Positions 1 through 10,268 are shown, counted from the first letter of the stretch. The stretch: 64,000 nucleotides of DNA from Pontiella sp. (GCA_050290185.1 JBNKHE010000004.1:210589-274588), one strand, 5' to 3'. Translations and numbers: made by a program. The notes: a model not told the origin generated them from the letters alone.

Positions 1-2
1 AT

Positions 3-1001
3 CACCACCGGGGGCTGGGAACGGGATTCGGCAGCTATGACAGCTATTTCGACGGATCGGTGGATGTGGATGCCCTCGCCTATCTGGCCCTGTCGAACAA
101 ACTGATTCATACGGTCCGGCCGGATGCCATTACCATCGCTGAAGATGTTTCCGGCATGCCCGGTCTGAGTTCCGATCAGAAGGAAGGCGGCTGCGGGTTC
201 GACTACCGGCTGGCCATGGGTGCGCCCGATTGCTGGTTCAAACTATCCAACGATGTTCCGGACGAAGAATGGAACATGCACTGGCTCTACCACGAGCTGA
301 CCAGCCACCGTCCCGACGAACAGGTCATCAGCTATGTTGAATCGCATGACCAGGCGCTGGTGGGCGGAAAAACCTTCATTTTTGAATTAATCGACAAGGA
401 AATGTACTTCAACATGCATGTCGAAGCGCAGAACCTGCAGGTAGATCGCGGCATTGCGTTGCACAAAATGGCGCGTCTGGCCACGCTGGGCGCGGCAGCT
501 CACGGATATCTTAATTTCATGGGAAATGAGTTCGGGCATCCGGAATGGATCGACTTTCCGCGCGAGGGCAACAACTGGTCCTATCATTATGCCCACCGCC
601 AATGGAGCCTGCGGGACGATCCGGGACTTAAATTCCACTTCCTCGCCGATTTTGACCGGGCCATGGTTAACCTGATCCGTGAAAAGAACGTTATTGGACA
701 CATCCCGGTGACCTTCCGTCTGATTCACGACGGCGATAAAATGATGGCATTTGAACGCGATGGATTGCTCTTCGCACTCAACTTCAATCCCAGCCAATCG
801 TTTACAGACTATGCCATTGACGTTACTCCAGGAACCTACCGCCTTGCCCTGAATACCGACGACCCCGCATTTGGTGGATTTGATCTGGTTGACCCGGATC
901 AGACTTACCAGAGCTTTGAGTTCAATGACGGAGCCAATACCCGCCATCAAATCATGGTCTACATTCCGGCGCGAACGGGATTTGTGCTCGAACGGGTTTA
1001 G
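3..1001 (+). CDS. glgB: 1,4-alpha-glucan branching enzyme (GH13), C-terminal part; 5' end outside window
   Basis: Frame is open from the window edge (HHRGLGTGFGSYDSYFDGS precedes the listed ORF). Branching-enzyme-like motifs ESHDQALVGGKT and NFMGNEFGHPEWIDFPR. Confidence 0.8.
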   Translation, partial: HHRGLGTGFGSYDSYFDGSVDVDALAYLALSNKLIHTVRPDAITIAEDVSGMPGLSSDQKEGGCGFDYRLAMGAPDCWFKLSNDVPDEEWNMHWLYHELTSHRPDEQVISYVESHDQALVGGKTFIFELIDKEMYFNMHVEAQNLQVDRGIALHKMARLATLGAAAHGYLNFMGNEFGHPEWIDFPREGNNWSYHYAHRQWSLRDDPGLKFHFLADFDRAMVNLIREKNVIGHIPVTFRLIHDGDKMMAFERDGLLFALNFNPSQSFTDYAIDVTPGTYRLALNTDDPAFGGFDLVDPDQTYQSFEFNDGANTRHQIMVYIPARTGFVLERV

Positions 1002-1194
1002 ACGGATCGCGGACCGGGAAAAACGGAGAGCAAAGGAACTTCTGCAGGGCAGCGTTCCGCAGCGTCGCATTTCATGGAATCATGTGACTTGCGCAACCTT
1101 GGATTCATCCGATAACGCGATTAAAAACCCCCATAAAGGGCACGGTTTATGCTACCTGAGATTGCAACGATGAAATTGTAATCAAGGATAGGCA

Positions 1195-2856
1195 ATGGAT
1201 ACCGCAAACACGCAGCAAAATCAGCCCTTCAATGCTATCGAAGATCCCGTTCTCGTCCGTGCGCTCAATGAGCTCGGACGCTCTATCAATTTGGTGACCA
1301 CCTATGGCAAAAGCCATCCAGCCGCAAAAAAGTCAATTTCGGGAACCGTAGAGGCCATGGAGGAGCTCTTTTCCGACCGGGAAAAGATAAGCATCGGCGC
1401 ATTCAATGGCGTCATGACCATCGATGAAAAAACGGTCAATGCTGTCGGCACCCTTCAGAAATCGCTCGAACGTCGTTTGGTTCGTCTCCGTATCACAGGG
1501 CTTAAAATCACTCGCGGTACTTCACAGGAGGAACTGGTCCAATTAACGGAACTGCTCGCCGCGACGGATGCCGATAAGTTTGAACAAAACCTCAGCAGCA
1601 GCGGAATGTCCCATATTTTATCAGAACATACGCAATACGAAGCGGTCCGCGACGGCCAAACCGTTGCCAATGAAAGCGACCTGGCCGGGATGGGCGGAGA
1701 CGGAGTCCTTGTTCTGGAAGACGAGGCCGATGACACCACTGATGCCAACGACGGGGCGTCAGCCAGCATTCATGTTGAACAAATCGTGGCATTCCTCAAA
1801 GGCGACATTGATGCAGAAACCGGAGATGTCGGGGACGAGTTGCAACAACTGGCCTCCGACCCGAATAAACTGGGCCGGATGATCATGGAAAGCGTGGCGA
1901 TTCGCCAGTCCATGTCGGAACTGGCCGGCGAATCGCTGAACGATGTCATTCTCGGGTGTCTGCGCCGCACCTATGACGGACTCCACAAACAACCAGCCTT
2001 CCAGTCCACGAAAGGCAAAGCCGATCTGAAAAAAGCCCTTCTTCTTCTGGAAGAAAGCATTCTGGAGAAAATGCGAGGATTGACAGGCGATGACAATCCC
2101 GAACTGGATCGGCAAATTGTCCAGGCCATCCGCGAAATGGATGAAAACCTGAGCTTTGAAATGGCTGCAGCCCAGTACATGGAACAACGCGAAGCGATTG
2201 AACAAAGCAAGGAACAGCTCCAGCACTTTATTCAGGTCCAGGGATCCGATACCGCGGAAAACCTGTTGCATGGATTGGGGTTCCCGGGCAGCGATTGGCG
2301 CAAGATTGTCGTCGACAGCGGAAAAGCGGCCCGAAAAGCGGAAGGATCGCTGTCCGAGGGACTCAGTACTTTAACCACCGTATTCGAAAAACTCGAACAG
2401 TTGATGAAGTCGGAAACGGCCAGCGGAACGCAAGTCAAGGATCTGCTCGGCCAAGCCAACGACAACCTCGGCGACACCCTGGATAACACCAAGGAAAAGC
2501 TGGCCGCCCTCTCATCCACCATTGGCGGGCAGGCTCACACGATGTCGCGGCCGGAACTACTGGCCTCGCTGGCTGAAGTCGCGCAGGAGCTGATGCAACC
2601 TCTCACGGCAATAAACGCTTCTTTGGAAATGATGCTGCACGGCTATGTGGGCGGAATTTCCGAAGAACAGGAGGATTTGCTGACGCTGGCGTCCAACAGC
2701 GGAGAACACCTCAAGTTTCTGATGGATATGCTGATCGATATCGTCGGATGCCCTGTGAACAAAGGGATCGATGACCGGTTTCATACCACCAGCGAACAGG
2801 TCCAGCTGATGAAGGACGCGGAAGGCCAGGAACACCTTCCGCTGCACTATCAATAA
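1195..2856 (+). CDS. hypothetical 553-aa protein with C-terminal HisKA/DHp-like helix lacking the acceptor His and lacking an ATPase domain
   Basis: Longest ORF in the region. C-terminal AQELMQPLTAINASLEMM...EEQEDLLTLASNSGEHLKFLMDMLID mirrors the histidine-kinase H-box (HELRTPLTAI) with Q at the His position. The ORF ends about 60 aa later. Confidence 0.6.
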   Translation: MDTANTQQNQPFNAIEDPVLVRALNELGRSINLVTTYGKSHPAAKKSISGTVEAMEELFSDREKISIGAFNGVMTIDEKTVNAVGTLQKSLERRLVRLRITGLKITRGTSQEELVQLTELLAATDADKFEQNLSSSGMSHILSEHTQYEAVRDGQTVANESDLAGMGGDGVLVLEDEADDTTDANDGASASIHVEQIVAFLKGDIDAETGDVGDELQQLASDPNKLGRMIMESVAIRQSMSELAGESLNDVILGCLRRTYDGLHKQPAFQSTKGKADLKKALLLLEESILEKMRGLTGDDNPELDRQIVQAIREMDENLSFEMAAAQYMEQREAIEQSKEQLQHFIQVQGSDTAENLLHGLGFPGSDWRKIVVDSGKAARKAEGSLSEGLSTLTTVFEKLEQLMKSETASGTQVKDLLGQANDNLGDTLDNTKEKLAALSSTIGGQAHTMSRPELLASLAEVAQELMQPLTAINASLEMMLHGYVGGISEEQEDLLTLASNSGEHLKFLMDMLIDIVGCPVNKGIDDRFHTTSEQVQLMKDAEGQEHLPLHYQ

Positions 2857-2862
2857 ACCGGG

Positions 2863-3369
2863 TTATGTAATTTCATTCCCGCGGCTCATGACCACCTTGC
2901 CGGTACGGACCAGCTCGATAACCTTGAATTTGGCAATCATCTCCTCAAGAGCATCGATCTTGTCCGGATTCCCGACCACCTGAAGAATCATCGAATCGGG
3001 AGTCAGGTCCACGGTCTTGCAGCCATAATGCTCAGCAATCTGGAGCGCCTCGGACCGACCTTCGCTATCGACCTCAATCTTGACCAGCCCCATCTCCTTA
3101 ATGACCGATTCATCGAAGGTATGGTCGATGCAGTGCAAGACATCGATCAGCTTCAACAGTTGCTTGATGATCTGGTCCAGCCCTTCGGGATCACCGCTGC
3201 AACTGATGGTCATCCTTGAAAAATTCCCGTCGACCGCGGGCGAAACCACAAGCGATTCAATATTGAAACCGCGCCGCGAAAATACCTGTGCAATACGCGC
3301 AAGGACACCCGGCTTATTCGCAACATATACGCTCAACGTGTGCATGGATTTATTTGTATTCAACATCAT
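2863..3369 (-). CDS. ilvN: acetolactate synthase small (regulatory) subunit
   Basis: 168 aa. ACT-domain N-terminus HTLSVYVANKPGVLARIAQVFSRRGFNIESL. Lies immediately downstream of ilvB on the same strand. Confidence 0.9.
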   Translation of the reverse strand: MMLNTNKSMHTLSVYVANKPGVLARIAQVFSRRGFNIESLVVSPAVDGNFSRMTISCSGDPEGLDQIIKQLLKLIDVLHCIDHTFDESVIKEMGLVKIEVDSEGRSEALQIAEHYGCKTVDLTPDSMILQVVGNPDKIDALEEMIAKFKVIELVRTGKVVMSRGNEIT

Positions 3370-3421
3370 TAGACTCCGTTATGGATATTGCCATTACATC
3401 TGGAACTCAGTCTGGCACGGC

Positions 3422-5143
3422 CTAGGTTGATCCAGTCGGCTTGTCCAGCTTCCGGTTCGGCGGTTCAATGAGCATGTCCTCGATCGCCGCACCCGCCGGG
3501 ATCATCGGGAATACATTGTCGGTCTTCTCAACTTCGCAGTTGATCAGACACGGCCCCTCGTTGTAGTCCAGCGCCGTCTGCAAAACACGTTTGACGTCCC
3601 CCGGGCGGCGCAGGTTGAAACCCTTGATCCCAAACGACTCGGCCAGCTTCACAAAATCCGGATTTCCTTCCAGATCCACCCCGCTCTTGCGGTCTTCATA
3701 GAACAGTTCCTGCCATTGCCGGACCATGCCGAGGTAATGATTATTGAGAACCACGATCTTGATCGGAAGCTTGTACAGCGCCACCGTGGCCAGCTCGAAG
3801 AAGGTCATCTGGAAGCCGCCGTCGCCGACGAAGCAGATGTGGAGATCCTTGGGGCGACCGAATGCCGCGCCGATGCAAGCCGGCAGGCCGAAGCCCATGG
3901 TACCCGCCCCGCCCGAGCTGAGCCAGTTGTAGCGGCTGTCGTTCTTGTAGAACTGCGCCGCCCACATCTGATGCTGACCCACATCGGTGGCCACACAGGC
4001 CTTCCCTTCGGAAAGCTTGTAGAACTCGTCGATAATGTGCTGCATCTTCAGGCTGCCCTGGCGCTTGAACTTGAGCGGATACTTGGTTTTGTAGCCGTCC
4101 AGATGCTTGCGCCATTCCTTGGTTTCGAGAATCGGAACATGCTTGATCAGTTCTTCGAGCGCAATGCGGGCGTCAGCCACGCAGGCAATCTGCGGTTGGA
4201 TCATCTTCCCTATTTCAGCAGCATCGATGTCGATGTGGATAATGGTAGCATCCTTGCAGAACTGGTCCGGCTTCCCGAGAATACGGTCATCGAACCGTGA
4301 TCCAATGTTCAGCAGCAGGTCGCACTCGCAGATCGCCTTGTTTGCATAGGCTGTGCCGTGCATGCCCAGCATACCCAGCGCAAGATCATGCGTTTCGGGG
4401 AAAACCCCTTTGCCGAGCAACGTCGTGGTAACCGGAATCCGCGCCTTTTCCGCAAACGCCTTCAGCACATCATCGGCCCCCGAGATCATGGCACCGTGAC
4501 CGGCCAGAATCAGCGGACGTTGCGATTTCGCCAATGCTTCGGCAATCTCGAGAACGACATCCTTGTCGACCGATGTATTCAGCGTGTACCCGGGCAGATC
4601 CATCTCTGCATGCAAATCGGCGGTACATGGACCGGCGCTGATATCCTTGGGAATATCGATTAAAACGGGTCCCGGGCGGCCGGTCGTGGAAATATGGAAA
4701 GCCTCGCGAACAACTCGGGGAATGTCGTTGCTGGACTTAATCAGATACGAATGCTTAATGATCGGCATGGTGATGCCGAAGATATCCGCCTCCTGAAAAG
4801 CGTCCTTGCCGAGCATCCAGGAAACCGATTGCCCGGTCAGGACAATCATAGGAACCGAATCCATGTGAGCCGTCATAATGCCGGTAATCGTGTTCGTTGC
4901 TCCCGGTCCGCTGGTCACCAGCACAACCGCGGGCTTACCCGTCGCACGCGCATAACCGTCGGCCATATGGGCCGCCCCCTGCTCATGCCGGGTTAGAATA
5001 AATTTTATTTTCGTATCCGTGGTGATAAGCGCATCGAAAATAGGAATCGCTGCTCCACCAGAATAACCGAAGATGTATTCAACACCCTCGTTTTCCAGAC
5101 ACTTGATGATCGCCTGCCCGCCTTCCAGCACTGTATTGGCCAT
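3422..5143 (-). CDS. ilvB: acetolactate synthase large (catalytic) subunit, ThDP-dependent
   Basis: 573 aa. Motifs GYSGGAAIPIFDAL, SGPGATN, MLGMHGT and the ThDP-binding GDGGFQM...NN. Confidence 0.92.
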   Translation of the reverse strand: MANTVLEGGQAIIKCLENEGVEYIFGYSGGAAIPIFDALITTDTKIKFILTRHEQGAAHMADGYARATGKPAVVLVTSGPGATNTITGIMTAHMDSVPMIVLTGQSVSWMLGKDAFQEADIFGITMPIIKHSYLIKSSNDIPRVVREAFHISTTGRPGPVLIDIPKDISAGPCTADLHAEMDLPGYTLNTSVDKDVVLEIAEALAKSQRPLILAGHGAMISGADDVLKAFAEKARIPVTTTLLGKGVFPETHDLALGMLGMHGTAYANKAICECDLLLNIGSRFDDRILGKPDQFCKDATIIHIDIDAAEIGKMIQPQIACVADARIALEELIKHVPILETKEWRKHLDGYKTKYPLKFKRQGSLKMQHIIDEFYKLSEGKACVATDVGQHQMWAAQFYKNDSRYNWLSSGGAGTMGFGLPACIGAAFGRPKDLHICFVGDGGFQMTFFELATVALYKLPIKIVVLNNHYLGMVRQWQELFYEDRKSGVDLEGNPDFVKLAESFGIKGFNLRRPGDVKRVLQTALDYNEGPCLINCEVEKTDNVFPMIPAGAAIEDMLIEPPNRKLDKPTGST

Positions 5144-5352
5144 AATTTACCTCCAAATATTAGGAGCAACCTATATTTACCCGCTATAACTGTCAAATAT
5201 TAACCAGATAAAAACAAACGACCGATTTTTAGCTCGTCACATTGTCAGTTTTTACAGCAAAGACAGCCAATCAATCGATTACACGGAGTAATGCGCAAAT
5301 CAAGAGGCGATTCACACCAAACAAAAACCGCCCTCACGGATAAAATACAAGA

Positions 5353-6522
5353 TCAATCCACCCGAAGGCTATTATTTGACGATATTGGAGTGGGATACTT
5401 CCAAACAACCCAATACGTAGACGCAACAAAGCTCAACATAACCACAGTTTGTATCAAATATGATGCATCGACCGAAATATTACCCGATTTTTCAGCGGTA
5501 TAGGCTACAAGCAGAGAAAACTCACTGGCCTGAGCGAGTCGAATCCCCAATTCCCTGGAAATCCCCGCTTCCTCCCGGATGGACTTAAAAGCCATGCGAA
5601 ACAGCAGCGGCTTGGCTAAAATGATGGCGGCGGTCAAAACTACTCCAGGCAGAAACAGATTCTTGGTAACGAATAGGTCGAACCGGGCACCGATGGAAAA
5701 GAAAAACAGGATAAGAAAGAATTCACGAATGGGCTTCAGGCTTTCGGCAATAATGAGCGCGACCGGGAACGCCGCCATGGCGACTCCGGCGATAAAGGCC
5801 CCCATTTCATAGGACAGGCCAATCAGATGCGCAACCTCTGCCGAGAACAGGCACCACCCCAATGACACGAGGAAGAAATATTCCTTGATCACATCGAATC
5901 GCCGAAAGAGCGGTATGATGACGAATTTGACCACAGCAAAGGAAACCAGGCCAAGGCCCGCCAGCTTCAACATAACCAGCACGGCACCCAGCAGACCGCT
6001 TTGCCCACCCTTCCCTCCCCCAAGAAACAGGATCAGCAGGATGGCCAGAATATCCTGGAACAATAATACACTGATCATCATTTCGCCGGTATGCTTTTGG
6101 TGCAAGGTGGTGGTGGGTGTCAGCTTAAGGCTGACGATCGTACTGGAAAACATCATCGCAGCCCCGACCACCACGCTATCCATCCACCCAAATCCGAAGC
6201 CGATGGTGACAGCAAATCCAAGAACCATGAAGGCCGCACTGGTGCCCATGGTGACCACGGAGGTCTTCCGGAACAGCTGCAGTAACTTTTCAGGATGCAG
6301 GTTCAGTCCCAGCAGAAACAGGAGCAGGATAATCCCGACATGGGAAAGGTGTTCGATATGTTCCGCCGATCCCAGCACCTTCAGCCCCAGCGGACCAATG
6401 AGGGCCCCCCATGCAATATAGGCGAGAATGATCGGTTGCCGCAGATAGAGAAACAGCGTCCCCAGCAAGGCCGCACCGGAGAAAATGACCGCCAGCTCAA
6501 GAACTATGTTATCCAACCTCAA
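5353..6522 (-). CDS. cation:proton antiporter (CPA2/Kef-like membrane domain)
   Basis: 389 aa, polytopic hydrophobic protein with Na+/H+-exchanger-like helices. Overlaps the rlmN stop by 14 nt. Confidence 0.7.
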   Translation of the reverse strand: MRLDNIVLELAVIFSGAALLGTLFLYLRQPIILAYIAWGALIGPLGLKVLGSAEHIEHLSHVGIILLLFLLGLNLHPEKLLQLFRKTSVVTMGTSAAFMVLGFAVTIGFGFGWMDSVVVGAAMMFSSTIVSLKLTPTTTLHQKHTGEMMISVLLFQDILAILLILFLGGGKGGQSGLLGAVLVMLKLAGLGLVSFAVVKFVIIPLFRRFDVIKEYFFLVSLGWCLFSAEVAHLIGLSYEMGAFIAGVAMAAFPVALIIAESLKPIREFFLILFFFSIGARFDLFVTKNLFLPGVVLTAAIILAKPLLFRMAFKSIREEAGISRELGIRLAQASEFSLLVAYTAEKSGNISVDASYLIQTVVMLSFVASTYWVVWKYPTPISSNNSLRVD

Positions 6523-7552
6523 TGATGTTCTCCCGCTTATGCTTTACCAGTTGCCCGCAGGCCGCCGCGATATCCGATCCGAGAGAATAGCGCAACGTGG
6601 TATCGAAGCCCGCAGCTTTCAAATGGTCGGCAAACCGCACCCGTTCCGATTGCGGGGTTCCCCGCAGGTTGCTTCCTGCATATTCATTAAACGGAATAAT
6701 ATTAATGTGCACGGGGATGCCGCTTAGATAGGTTTCCAGCGCAAGCAGATCTTCTTCGCTGTCATTGACGCCGGCCAGCATCAGGTATTCGATCATGACC
6801 TTTCCATTACGGGATGCGTTAAGCAGCGTTTCCCGCATTTCATCCAGCGGATATTTTCTGGCCTGGGGCATCAGGCGCTGCCGGACCTCTTGCCGCGCGC
6901 TGTGCAGGCTGAGCGCCAGCTGAACATCCGGAAACCGCTCGGTAAAGTGGTCCATGGCATCAGGAATGCCCACCGTGGAAACGGTGATGCGGGAACCGGA
7001 CAGGTTGAAAAACGGTGCGGCCTTCAGGAATTCCACCGATTCAAATACGTGTTCCAGGTTCAGCAGCGGTTCTCCCATGCCCATGAACACCACATTTCGG
7101 ATCGAACGCCCCTCCACCTTAACCATGCGGTTGGCCTGGGTAACCTGATCCAGAATCTCCGCCGTGGTCAGGTTGCGCGTAAACCCCATCTTCCCGGTAG
7201 CACAAAAACTGCAGTAGCAAGCGCACCCCACCTGCGAGGAGATGCAGATCGACGTCCGCCCCGTCCTGGGCCGCAGTACAACACTTTCAATCAGGTTGCC
7301 ATCCCCTGTCTGAAAGATCAGCTTGCTGGCTCCGTCCGTGGCCGAATCATGGCGCTCCAGCAGCGTGAGCGTTTCAAACTGAATATGGTCGCGGAACACA
7401 TCTCGGGCTTCAAGGGGAAGAACGGCCAACGCCTCGTCCCAGCCCTGTGCATTCTTGAACAACGCATTCCGGAAAAGCCTCATGCCATGCGGTTGCACCG
7501 CGTTGCGGCTTCGCAGCAGCTCAAGTTCATCTATGTCGTAGATCGTGGGCAT
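6509..7552 (-). CDS. rlmN: 23S rRNA/tRNA (adenine-C2)-methyltransferase, radical SAM
   Basis: 347 aa. Radical-SAM cluster motif GCACYCSFCATG, MGMGEPL, and C-terminal catalytic Cys context AACGQL. Confidence 0.9.
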   Translation of the reverse strand: MPTIYDIDELELLRSRNAVQPHGMRLFRNALFKNAQGWDEALAVLPLEARDVFRDHIQFETLTLLERHDSATDGASKLIFQTGDGNLIESVVLRPRTGRTSICISSQVGCACYCSFCATGKMGFTRNLTTAEILDQVTQANRMVKVEGRSIRNVVFMGMGEPLLNLEHVFESVEFLKAAPFFNLSGSRITVSTVGIPDAMDHFTERFPDVQLALSLHSARQEVRQRLMPQARKYPLDEMRETLLNASRNGKVMIEYLMLAGVNDSEEDLLALETYLSGIPVHINIIPFNEYAGSNLRGTPQSERVRFADHLKAAGFDTTLRYSLGSDIAAACGQLVKHKRENIIEVG

Positions 7553-7573
7553 GTCTGCTCCCTATATAAGGAA

Positions 7574-7599
7574 AAAGGCCGGCTTGGCCGACCTTTTTT
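7574..7599 (-). terminator. intrinsic terminator downstream of the Zn-ribbon/EIIA gene
   Basis: On the minus strand: AAAAAAGGTCGGCC-AA-GCCGGCCTTTTTCC. This is a GC-rich stem of about 9 bp followed by a T-run, located 19 nt after the stop at 7618. Confidence 0.6.
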
Positions 7600-7617
7600 C
7601 GACAGAAAGCACACGGC

Positions 7618-8463
7618 TTACTTGAAATTCTTCCGAGTCGCCTTGATCAGCGCCTTCCACAGCGCGTCTTCGGAATCGGCTGCCAGCAACGCTTCACTGG
7701 CTTCTTTCTCGCGGAAGGTCCGCGAAAGGCCCGAGATCAGCTTCAGGTAGAAGGCGCTGGTCGCTGTCGGAATCACCACAAAGAAGAAGATCCGTGTCAG
7801 GGTACGCCCCGGACCTCCGAATTTAATGCCCTTCTTGTGAATACCGACCACCATGGAAAGACCGCCGCCTTCGACGCCGCGCACATGAGGAAATGCCAAA
7901 CCGTTATCCACGGCGGTACTGATAATCGCCTCGCGCTGCAAGGCCATATCGAGCAACTGCGCGCCATCTTCGACAAACCCCTCATCCGCCATGCGTGTGC
8001 ACATCTCGCCAAGCACTTCCTCGGGCGTGCTTCCCTTGAGGGAAACCATCATCAGCTCCGGCGATGTAAAACGGGATATACCCACCTTGCGGGCTTCACC
8101 AATAGAACGGCTGACGCGCTCACGTGCCACCAGTTGCTCCGGATAATAGAGATAACGGGCGCAGTTCGGACAACGGTGCATACCATCCGCCTTGTGCACG
8201 CTGTTAACCAGACTCTTGGTCAGGGCCATTCCACAGCCGGCGCACTGTCCACTCGACACCGGCACAATGGCTTCCGGGTGCTTTTGCAGCAGACGGTTAA
8301 AATGCGATTTTACCTGTTGCGGAATATCCGCACCGAGAGCGGCAATTGATTTTTCCAGTACTTCAAGCCGCGCAGTAGGCATGGATGCACGTTTTTGAAG
8401 GTTAGCAACAATCAGCTCCTGAAGCTGTATCAATTGGTTTATTAGACTATGGGTTGTTGTCAT
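7618..8463 (-). CDS. fusion protein: N-terminal coiled-coil + C4 zinc ribbon, C-terminal PTS EIIA(Ntr)-type domain
   Basis: 281 aa. CAGCG...CPNC zinc-ribbon pair (COG1579-like). C-terminal EIIA fold with GLAFPHVRG (phosphorylatable His context). Confidence 0.7.
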   Translation of the reverse strand: MTTTHSLINQLIQLQELIVANLQKRASMPTARLEVLEKSIAALGADIPQQVKSHFNRLLQKHPEAIVPVSSGQCAGCGMALTKSLVNSVHKADGMHRCPNCARYLYYPEQLVARERVSRSIGEARKVGISRFTSPELMMVSLKGSTPEEVLGEMCTRMADEGFVEDGAQLLDMALQREAIISTAVDNGLAFPHVRGVEGGGLSMVVGIHKKGIKFGGPGRTLTRIFFFVVIPTATSAFYLKLISGLSRTFREKEASEALLAADSEDALWKALIKATRKNFK

Positions 8464-8589
8464 TTAAATCCTCGGTTCAGTTGGAATTTCGATAGCAAAA
8501 GATACTAGAATTTATCCCAATGGGAAGCCTAACACTTACATTTTCCTACGCATTTGAGACCTTGCCCAAAGGAACGTTCAATCTTCCCT

Positions 8590-9972
8590 CTAAAGCTCGC
8601 CAACGGCTGAAATCAGGTCCCGCAAGACCGCCTTCGCATCGCCAAACAGCATGAGCGTGTTGTCGTTGATGAACAACTGGTTCGGGATCCCGGCAAATCC
8701 GGGACTCAGGCTGCGCTTGACGACAATCACGGTGCGGGACTTGTCGACCTCCAGAATCGGCATCCCGTAGATCGGACTTCCGGTATCGTCGCGTGCCGCC
8801 GGATTCGTTACATCGTTGGCGCCGAGCACAATGGTTACATCGGTCTGCGAAAACTCGGGATTGATATGCTCCATTTCGACGAGCTTTTCATACGGCACCT
8901 TGGCTTCGGCCAGCAATACGTTCATATGACCGGGCATACGGCCTGCCACCGGATGAATGGCATATTTAACGTCAACGCCGCGAGCCTCCAGCAAGGTCGC
9001 AAAGTCCTGCGTCGCGTATTGCGCCTGCGCCACAGCCAAACCATAGCCGGGCGCAATGACCACCTTCTGCGCATCTTCGAGCAGCATGGCCACTTCTTCC
9101 GCGCCGCAACTCTTCACCTTGCCCTCGTAGAACTCCTTGCCGGGAATCGAAGCCATCTGTTCATCGCTCACCATCGCCCCGCCAAACAGCACGGCACCCA
9201 GCGACCGGTTCATCGCCTTGCACATGATCTGGCTAAGAATAATGCCCGATGCCCCAACCAGTGATCCGCTGATGATCAATCCGTTGTTCATCAGGACAAA
9301 TCCCGTGGCCGCCGCCGCAAGGCCGGAATAGGAATTGAGCAACGCAATGACCACCGGCATATCCGCACCGCCGATGGCAAGTACCAGCAGAACCCCAAGC
9401 GCAAGCGCAGCGACAACAAGCGCCACCAATAGAATGCCCCAACCCTGCCAGATAAACAGCGCCGCCAAAGTCAGTACACCCAACCCCAGCGCCACCCGAA
9501 GCAAACTTTGGTGCGGCAGTTTCATCGCCTTATCGGCAAACCCCTGTAATTTGGCCCAGGCCACGATGCTTCCCGTCAGCGTGACCGACCCAATCAGCGC
9601 GCTGAGCGACAGCGCCACCATCCATGCCGGCGTTTTGACCGCATCCGGCGAGATAATGAACTGGGAAAGCGCCACCAACAGGGAGGCCCCCCCGCCGAAA
9701 CCGTTCAACAGGCCTACCATTTCCGGCATGGCCGTCATCTTGACCGTTCGTGCGATATAGGCCCCTATTCCGCCGCCCACCACCATGCCGGCGATGACCC
9801 AGCCAAAGCTCAAGACCTGCTTGTCGACCAGCGTCGCCACAATGGCAATCAGCATGCCCACAGCGCCGATCATGTTTCCCCGGACTGCGGTTTTGGGCGA
9901 ACCCAGCCCCTTCAGACCCATAATAAAAAGGACGGCGGCAACGAGATAGGCAAGATTGATGAGATAGGGCAT
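8590..9972 (-). CDS. pntB: NAD(P) transhydrogenase subunit beta
   Basis: 460 aa. Membrane N-terminal half plus dIII domain motifs GYGLAVAQAQ and HPVAGRMPGHMNVLLAEA. Confidence 0.92.
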   Translation of the reverse strand: MPYLINLAYLVAAVLFIMGLKGLGSPKTAVRGNMIGAVGMLIAIVATLVDKQVLSFGWVIAGMVVGGGIGAYIARTVKMTAMPEMVGLLNGFGGGASLLVALSQFIISPDAVKTPAWMVALSLSALIGSVTLTGSIVAWAKLQGFADKAMKLPHQSLLRVALGLGVLTLAALFIWQGWGILLVALVVAALALGVLLVLAIGGADMPVVIALLNSYSGLAAAATGFVLMNNGLIISGSLVGASGIILSQIMCKAMNRSLGAVLFGGAMVSDEQMASIPGKEFYEGKVKSCGAEEVAMLLEDAQKVVIAPGYGLAVAQAQYATQDFATLLEARGVDVKYAIHPVAGRMPGHMNVLLAEAKVPYEKLVEMEHINPEFSQTDVTIVLGANDVTNPAARDDTGSPIYGMPILEVDKSRTVIVVKRSLSPGFAGIPNQLFINDNTLMLFGDAKAVLRDLISAVGEL

Positions 9973-9975
9973 GGG

Positions 9976-10266
9976 TTAATCCTTCTTCTTCTTGAACATA
10001 TGCAGCATACGGTCGGTAACCATGAAGCCGCCGACAATATTGATCATCGCAAGCACGACCGCGAGAAAACCAAGCAGTGCCGAAAAGAAATTGCCCGTAT
10101 CCCCAGCTCCGGCACACAGAATCGCACCGATGATAGTGATGCCGGAAATGGCATTCGATCCACTCATCAACGGCGTATGCAACGTAGGCGGAACTTTCGT
10201 GATCACCTCGTAGCCAATGAAGACCGCGAGAACAAAAATGGTTAATGCTTCTATCAATGCATCCAT
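9976..10266 (-). CDS. pntAB: NAD(P) transhydrogenase subunit alpha, part 2 (membrane)
   Basis: 96 aa with three hydrophobic helices. Sits between the pntA part 1 and pntB genes, the usual split-alpha layout. Confidence 0.85.
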   Translation of the reverse strand: MDALIEALTIFVLAVFIGYEVITKVPPTLHTPLMSGSNAISGITIIGAILCAGAGDTGNFFSALLGFLAVVLAMINIVGGFMVTDRMLHMFKKKKD

Positions 10267-10268
10267 AA

